64,000 nucleotides of DNA from Bacillota bacterium (lineage in GTDB: Bacteria; Bacillota; Sulfobacillia; Sulfobacillales; JAIMBI01): assembly GCA_021846565.1 (NCBI GenBank), contig JAJZWS010000005.1:10321-74320 (forward strand), written 5' to 3'. A program made the position numbers and the translations under genes. Each line of letters starts with the position of its first letter. Position 1 is the first letter of the stretch. The notes below the pieces were generated by a model. The model saw only the letters and a program-made list of their open reading frames with translations, was not told where the DNA came from and searched no databases. This document shows positions 59,002 to 64,000 of this stretch, one piece after another.

Positions 59002-59952
59002 TCAAAGATGAAACGGCTGCACCATCATGGCCAGCACCGCCACCACAAAGGCCAACCCTAAGAAATTCTCGATGCGAAACAACCGCAGCTTCGCCAGCGA
59101 TGTTTCGATGCCCGCCACCACGGCGAGGAACACCACGAGCTTCAGCGAAACCAGCAGGACGCCGAGTGCCACGGCGCCAGCCGCCGGCGAGGTGGCCAGG
59201 CCCCATGGCGTGACCAGGACGTTCAGGAGGACGAGGCTCAGCACCATCAGTTTGATGTGGCCGCCCCACTTGACCAGCGCCGCCGAGCGCCCGGAAAACT
59301 CGAGCGTTTTGGCCTCATCGATCATGGCCAGTTCAAAATGGCCGGACGGGTTGTCGACCGGGATCCGGCCCGTCTCCGCCAGGATGATCATGACGAAGGC
59401 GGCGACAATCAGCAGATGGGTCGGCGACACCAGCGCAGCCGTTGACGTCACCCAGTGAGCCTGCACCACATATGGGATGGTGGAATTGGCCGCAAAGGAC
59501 ACCGAGAAAAACACGATCATGAAGATGGGCTCCACCAGCGAGCTGACCATCCGGGTTCGGCTGGTCCCCATGGGACCGTACGGATTGCCTCCGTCAATGG
59601 CGGCCAGGGTCAGAAAGAAGCCACCCAGCCCCAGGATGAAGCCGGCCGCCACCATGTCGCCCATGAACGCCCAGAACAGCGGGAAGTCCGTGAGGGCGGG
59701 AATCAGCATCGTCACCAGCAGCGGCGCCACAAAGTACATGAACGGCGCGAACCGGAAGATCCAGGTGGAATCTTCTGGGATCACCTCATCTTTGTGAAAG
59801 AGCTTGCCGAGGTCAAAGTACGGCTGCCAGATGCTGGGCCCCAATCGGCCTTGCAAGCGCTCCTCGAAGCGGTTGAGTATGCCGCGAAACAAAGGAGCGG
59901 CCGCCAGGACGAAGGCGACCTGGACAAGGTTGAGCACGAGGCCCTGGATCAT
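59002..59952 (-). CDS. Ehr complex 2 membrane subunit, HyfC/HycD (NuoH-like)
   Basis: GRLGPSIWQPYFDLGKL, AETGRIPVDNP, ELAMIDEA, ETSLAKLRLFR. Confidence 0.92.
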   Translation of the reverse strand: MIQGLVLNLVQVAFVLAAAPLFRGILNRFEERLQGRLGPSIWQPYFDLGKLFHKDEVIPEDSTWIFRFAPFMYFVAPLLVTMLIPALTDFPLFWAFMGDMVAAGFILGLGGFFLTLAAIDGGNPYGPMGTSRTRMVSSLVEPIFMIVFFSVSFAANSTIPYVVQAHWVTSTAALVSPTHLLIVAAFVMIILAETGRIPVDNPSGHFELAMIDEAKTLEFSGRSAALVKWGGHIKLMVLSLVLLNVLVTPWGLATSPAAGAVALGVLLVSLKLVVFLAVVAGIETSLAKLRLFRIENFLGLAFVVAVLAMMVQPFHL

Positions 59953-59983
59953 CTCCACCCGCCCCCCGTCCCAAAGTCCTCCG

Positions 59984-60028
59984 CAAAACAAAATGACCCC
60001 AGCAGCTTTAGTACTGCCAGGAGTCATT
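59984..60028 (-). terminator. riboswitch expression-platform terminator 2
   Basis: AATGACTCCTGGCAG-TACTAAAG-CTGCTGGGGTCATT-TTGTTTTG on the - strand, overlapping the aptamer 3' end. Confidence 0.8.
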
Positions 60029-60080
60029 AACCGCTGTGCGGTAATTTTGGACGATTGTCCGCGGCGGATTCCATCGCCGC
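60018..60080 (-). ncRNA. fluoride (crcB) riboswitch aptamer 2
   Basis: Minus strand GCGGCG-ATGGAATC-CGCCGC (P1), ACCGC-ACA-GCGGT (P2), TAATGACTCCTG; one mismatch in the pseudoknot. Confidence 0.85.
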
Positions 60081-60106
60081 TCAGCCTCCATATCGCGTCT
60101 CCGAAA

Positions 60107-60134
60107 AGTTTAGCACGACAGAACTCCGTGTCAA
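60107..60134 (-). promoter_or_regulatory. sigmaA promoter of Ehr operon 2
   Basis: TTGACA-N16-TAAACT with extended TG motif, on the - strand upstream of the aptamer. Confidence 0.65.
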
Positions 60135-60378
60135 TCGGATGTGGACTCTATAGGGAATCTTGGCCTGCGAGTGCCAGGGGTCAGGCATACGCGTGGCTCA
60201 TGTTCGGGGGCTGCCCTTTCCCAACCCCCTTCGACGGTGTGGGCGATCCGCATGCAGAGGCGCGGCAACCAGGGAACCCTCCCCTTCTGATGCGAGGGGT
60301 GAGCTGCTACAGGATATGACGGCGAGATGCAGCAACCACCACCGGAGGCGACGCGGCCGCGCTCGCCCCCGGACGAAC

Positions 60379-61137
60379 TCAGGGTCGGACCGCCACCAGC
60401 AAGACCCGGTACTTCAAAAACGTGTCCTCGGGGAACAGCGCGTGACGAACGGCATCGGGCCACCGGTCCATCTGCTGGAAGGCGGCCTGCCCCTCTGAAG
60501 AGTTGGGGGTGACGGGGGCGAGCCACTCTTCGCGGGTCATCGGTTCCACGGTCAGCTCCATCCACTGCAGGCGCAAGTCCGCGCTCAGCAGATGGCCCAC
60601 CCATTGGTCCACCGTCTGGGCGGCCACATGCGATCGGTCTCGGAGACGCTCTATCTCGTTGAGCGCGTCCATGCTGGCGGCCGGCGCGCTCAGGTCGGAG
60701 ATGCCCAACCGCCCGCCGGGCTTCAGCACGCGTCGGCTTTCGCGCAGTACCTGTGGGAGGTCCGGAAAGTGGTGCGCGGCCCGCCGGCAGACGACCGCGT
60801 CAAACTGGCCGGCCTCGCACGGCAATCGCGCGGCATCGGCTTGGAGCCAGGTGATGGGATGCGGCAGCGCGCGCTCCTGCTCGGCCGCCCGGGCCACGGC
60901 CAGCATTTCCGGGGTGAGGTCGGCCGCCGTCACCGTGAGCCCGCGATTCGCCAGCTGAAACGCGACGTGGCCAGGACCCGTCGCGAGGTCGAGGGCCTGC
61001 TGGCCCGGTGCCAGGTCGAGGGCGTCCAGGAGGCGCGCCAAGTCGGCTCCACGGGCATGGCGTTCACTGGTCGCATAGTCGCGGGCATGCTGCCCAAAGT
61101 ACCGTTGCACATCCCGTCCGGTCCCGTTCGTGCTCAT
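60379..61137 (-). CDS. class I SAM-dependent methyltransferase (UbiE-like)
   Basis: LDLATGPGH, DLTPEML, RRAAHHF, RVLKPGGRL. Confidence 0.88.
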   Translation of the reverse strand: MSTNGTGRDVQRYFGQHARDYATSERHARGADLARLLDALDLAPGQQALDLATGPGHVAFQLANRGLTVTAADLTPEMLAVARAAEQERALPHPITWLQADAARLPCEAGQFDAVVCRRAAHHFPDLPQVLRESRRVLKPGGRLGISDLSAPAASMDALNEIERLRDRSHVAAQTVDQWVGHLLSADLRLQWMELTVEPMTREEWLAPVTPNSSEGQAAFQQMDRWPDAVRHALFPEDTFLKYRVLLVAVRP

Positions 61138-61261
61138 GCGGCGTCAGCCTCCGTTTCGTATGCCAGATCGCTTTCCGCCGCTCCACTATAAGGCAACGCC
61201 GCCGACCATTGGCGTCGGGCATGCAAGTGTGGTTGCATAGATTGCAACACACCGAAGGGGG

Positions 61262-62164
61262 GTGGAGGTTCTGAAGCTCCCGGATCTCGACCTGAAAGAC
61301 ATGGTGCTGGCGACGGCGTTGGCAGACAGTCGGCACTTGGGGGCGGCCGCCCGGCATGTGGGGCTCTCCGTATCGGCGGCCAGTCATCGGCTGGCTCAGT
61401 TGGAGGGGCGCCTGGGCGTGCCGCTGTTTCATCGGACGCCAGCCGGCATGGAGCTGACAGGTCCGGGCACGCGCTTTGTGGCCGAGGCGCGGCGCGCGCT
61501 GGACGCGGCGGAAGCGGCGGCCGCGTCCGTACGCGGCGAGCACCCGGTCATCCGGGTGGGCTCGGCCTGGCTCATGGCCACCACCTGGCTGCCGCCGCTC
61601 TTAGCGGCGCTGGCCCACGCCCATGCCGATCAGATGGTAGAAGTGGCCACCGGACGGTCCCGAGAAGTGGCCCGCTGGGTGGAAGACGGTCGGGTGCGCG
61701 TGGGCTTGGTGCGAGCCACCGAGGCGCGGCCGGGAGTGCGGGCCTTTGTGGTGGGCGCCGATCCCGTGGTGTTGGTGGCGCCCGTCGGGCATCCCTGGCT
61801 ACGAGAGGCCCCGCTGCCGGAACAACTGGATCGGGTGCCGTTTGTTGACGTGTCGCGTGACACCGGGTTCGGGCAGTTTGTCGCCGCGGCGCAGCGCGAC
61901 CTGGGGATCCACTGGCCCACCGCCGTTCGGGTGGACCACCTGGAGGCTGCGCTGGCGCTGGTGGAGGCGGGGGTGGGCCCGGCAGTGCTGCCGTTCTCGC
62001 TGGTGAACCGACGGGCCGCGGCCGAGGTGGCACCCGTGGCCGTCTCGGGGCTCGTGTGGCCCCGACGGCCGCTGGCGCTCGTGATTCGGGCCGGGGATGC
62101 CCTGCCGCCCTGGGCCGCGGCGTGGCCGGCGCTGCTGCGCAGTTTGGTGCCGCGTCAGGGGTGA
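61262..62164 (+). CDS. LysR-family transcriptional regulator
   Basis: AAARHVGLSVSAASHRLAQLEGRLGVPLFHRT; divergent from the methyltransferase. Confidence 0.9.
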   Translation: MEVLKLPDLDLKDMVLATALADSRHLGAAARHVGLSVSAASHRLAQLEGRLGVPLFHRTPAGMELTGPGTRFVAEARRALDAAEAAAASVRGEHPVIRVGSAWLMATTWLPPLLAALAHAHADQMVEVATGRSREVARWVEDGRVRVGLVRATEARPGVRAFVVGADPVVLVAPVGHPWLREAPLPEQLDRVPFVDVSRDTGFGQFVAAAQRDLGIHWPTAVRVDHLEAALALVEAGVGPAVLPFSLVNRRAAAEVAPVAVSGLVWPRRPLALVIRAGDALPPWAAAWPALLRSLVPRQG

Positions 62165-62171
62165 CGGCGCC

Positions 62172-62993
62172 TCACGCCGGAGTGGGGTGGCGCTCCAGGA
62201 AGTCGAGCAGGAGATGGTTGACAATTCCCGGCGTTTCGATATGCGGCAGATGGCCCGCGTTCTCGATCACCGTTAGCTCTGCGGTGGGGACGCGCGCCGC
62301 CAGCACGCGGCCGTATTCGACGGGGACAATCTGGTCGTGCCGGCCCCAGATGAGGAGAATCGGCATGGTGAGCCGCGGCAGCACTTCGGTGCGGTCCGGT
62401 CCCATGGGCGAGGCGCTCATGTACCGTCGGAAGGCGTCCCGGCCCCGGTTCAAGGCCTCGGCGTCTTCCATGGTCCGGTAGGGCGTCGTTCGCCGGTAGT
62501 GGTCGGGGTCGTGCACCAACTCCATCAGGTAGCGGTCGGGAGGAATGTCGAGCGGGTTCTTGGGGGCCAGCCCTTCGATGAGGACCGCCACGGCGTCCAA
62601 CAAGACCAGATGGGACAGACGGTCCGGACAGCGGATGGCAGCGGCCGTGGCCACCCGTCCGCCCATGGAGTTGCCGCCTAGCACTGCCCGCTCCAGTCCC
62701 ACGCCTGCCATCCAGTCCAGCAGTACTGGGCCGAGATCGTCCACCGTCTCGACACCCGCCATCCACGCGGAACCGCCATGGCCCGGCAGGTCTGGCGCTA
62801 GCACCCGGAATTGGCTGGACAAGCCTTCGAGCTGGTACCAGAACGCCTTGCCGGTGCCACCGCCCCCGTGAAGCAGCACCAATGGGTACCCCGTGCCCGC
62901 CTCCAGGTGCGTCATCGGCACCCCGCGCACCGTGGTCGTGATTTGCCTGAGTTCACTTTGAGCTGTCCATGCATCCGTTGGATGTTTCGCCAC
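62172..62993 (-). CDS. alpha/beta hydrolase
   Basis: LLHGGGG, PDLPGHG, GNSMGG nucleophile, WGRHD, AGHLPH. Confidence 0.9.
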   Translation of the reverse strand: MAKHPTDAWTAQSELRQITTTVRGVPMTHLEAGTGYPLVLLHGGGGTGKAFWYQLEGLSSQFRVLAPDLPGHGGSAWMAGVETVDDLGPVLLDWMAGVGLERAVLGGNSMGGRVATAAAIRCPDRLSHLVLLDAVAVLIEGLAPKNPLDIPPDRYLMELVHDPDHYRRTTPYRTMEDAEALNRGRDAFRRYMSASPMGPDRTEVLPRLTMPILLIWGRHDQIVPVEYGRVLAARVPTAELTVIENAGHLPHIETPGIVNHLLLDFLERHPTPA

Positions 62994-63084
62994 GAGTCGG
63001 TCCCCCTCCCGTTGTGCCTCGTTGTCGTACAGTTGTCGGGTCTCCGTGCTGTCAATTGTACTGCATGAAGCGGCAGAGTGCGTG

Positions 63085-63115
63085 AAAACGGCGGGCCGAT
63101 CTTATCGGCCCGCCG
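63085..63115 (-). terminator. intrinsic terminator after hppA
   Basis: CGGCGGGCCGAT-aag-ATCGGCCCGCCG-TTTT on the - strand. Confidence 0.7.
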
Positions 63116-63135
63116 CTTCCGATGACGCCGGGCCC

Positions 63136-64000
<865 letters not shown>

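Noticed and set aside
60135-60300. Small - strand ORF with an SD-like AAGGGGAGG upstream of the Ehr 2 promoter
   Set aside because: No family motif and uncertain start; insufficient evidence

Overview
GC-rich bacterial chromosomal window. The acpS-nnr-alr-RHH antitoxin-mazF synteny, sigmaA-type promoters, strong Shine-Dalgarno sites and a sulfocyanin remnant suggest an acidophilic, Sulfobacillus-like Bacillota; this taxonomy is inferred. The main signal is two separate six-gene energy-converting-hydrogenase-related (Ehr, hydrogenase-4-like) membrane complex operons, at 21330-28230 (+) and 52296-59952 (-). They have the same gene order, and their large subunits lack the Ni-binding cysteines. 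Each operon is preceded by its own sigmaA promoter, fluoride (crcB) riboswitch aptamer and overlapping intrinsic terminator. No Fluc/CrcB or CLC-F exporter is visible in the window, which points to a possible uncharacterised fluoride/HF-stress membrane machine. Other content includes an Hhe-like DUF4011 SF1 helicase divergent from topB, an RRM protein, and a LuxR-cyclase-MFS-FAH catabolic cluster. There is also an MFS fused to a cytidylate-kinase-like domain, an ECF sigma/anti-sigma pair, a PanD paralog lacking the substrate Arg, an EAL-GAF protein, hut genes and a K+-independent H+-PPase. Decayed genes include TenA, a cytochrome c-sulfocyanin fusion and vapBC. No rRNA, tRNA or CRISPR array was seen. 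All calls come from motif recognition by eye; no database searches were run.
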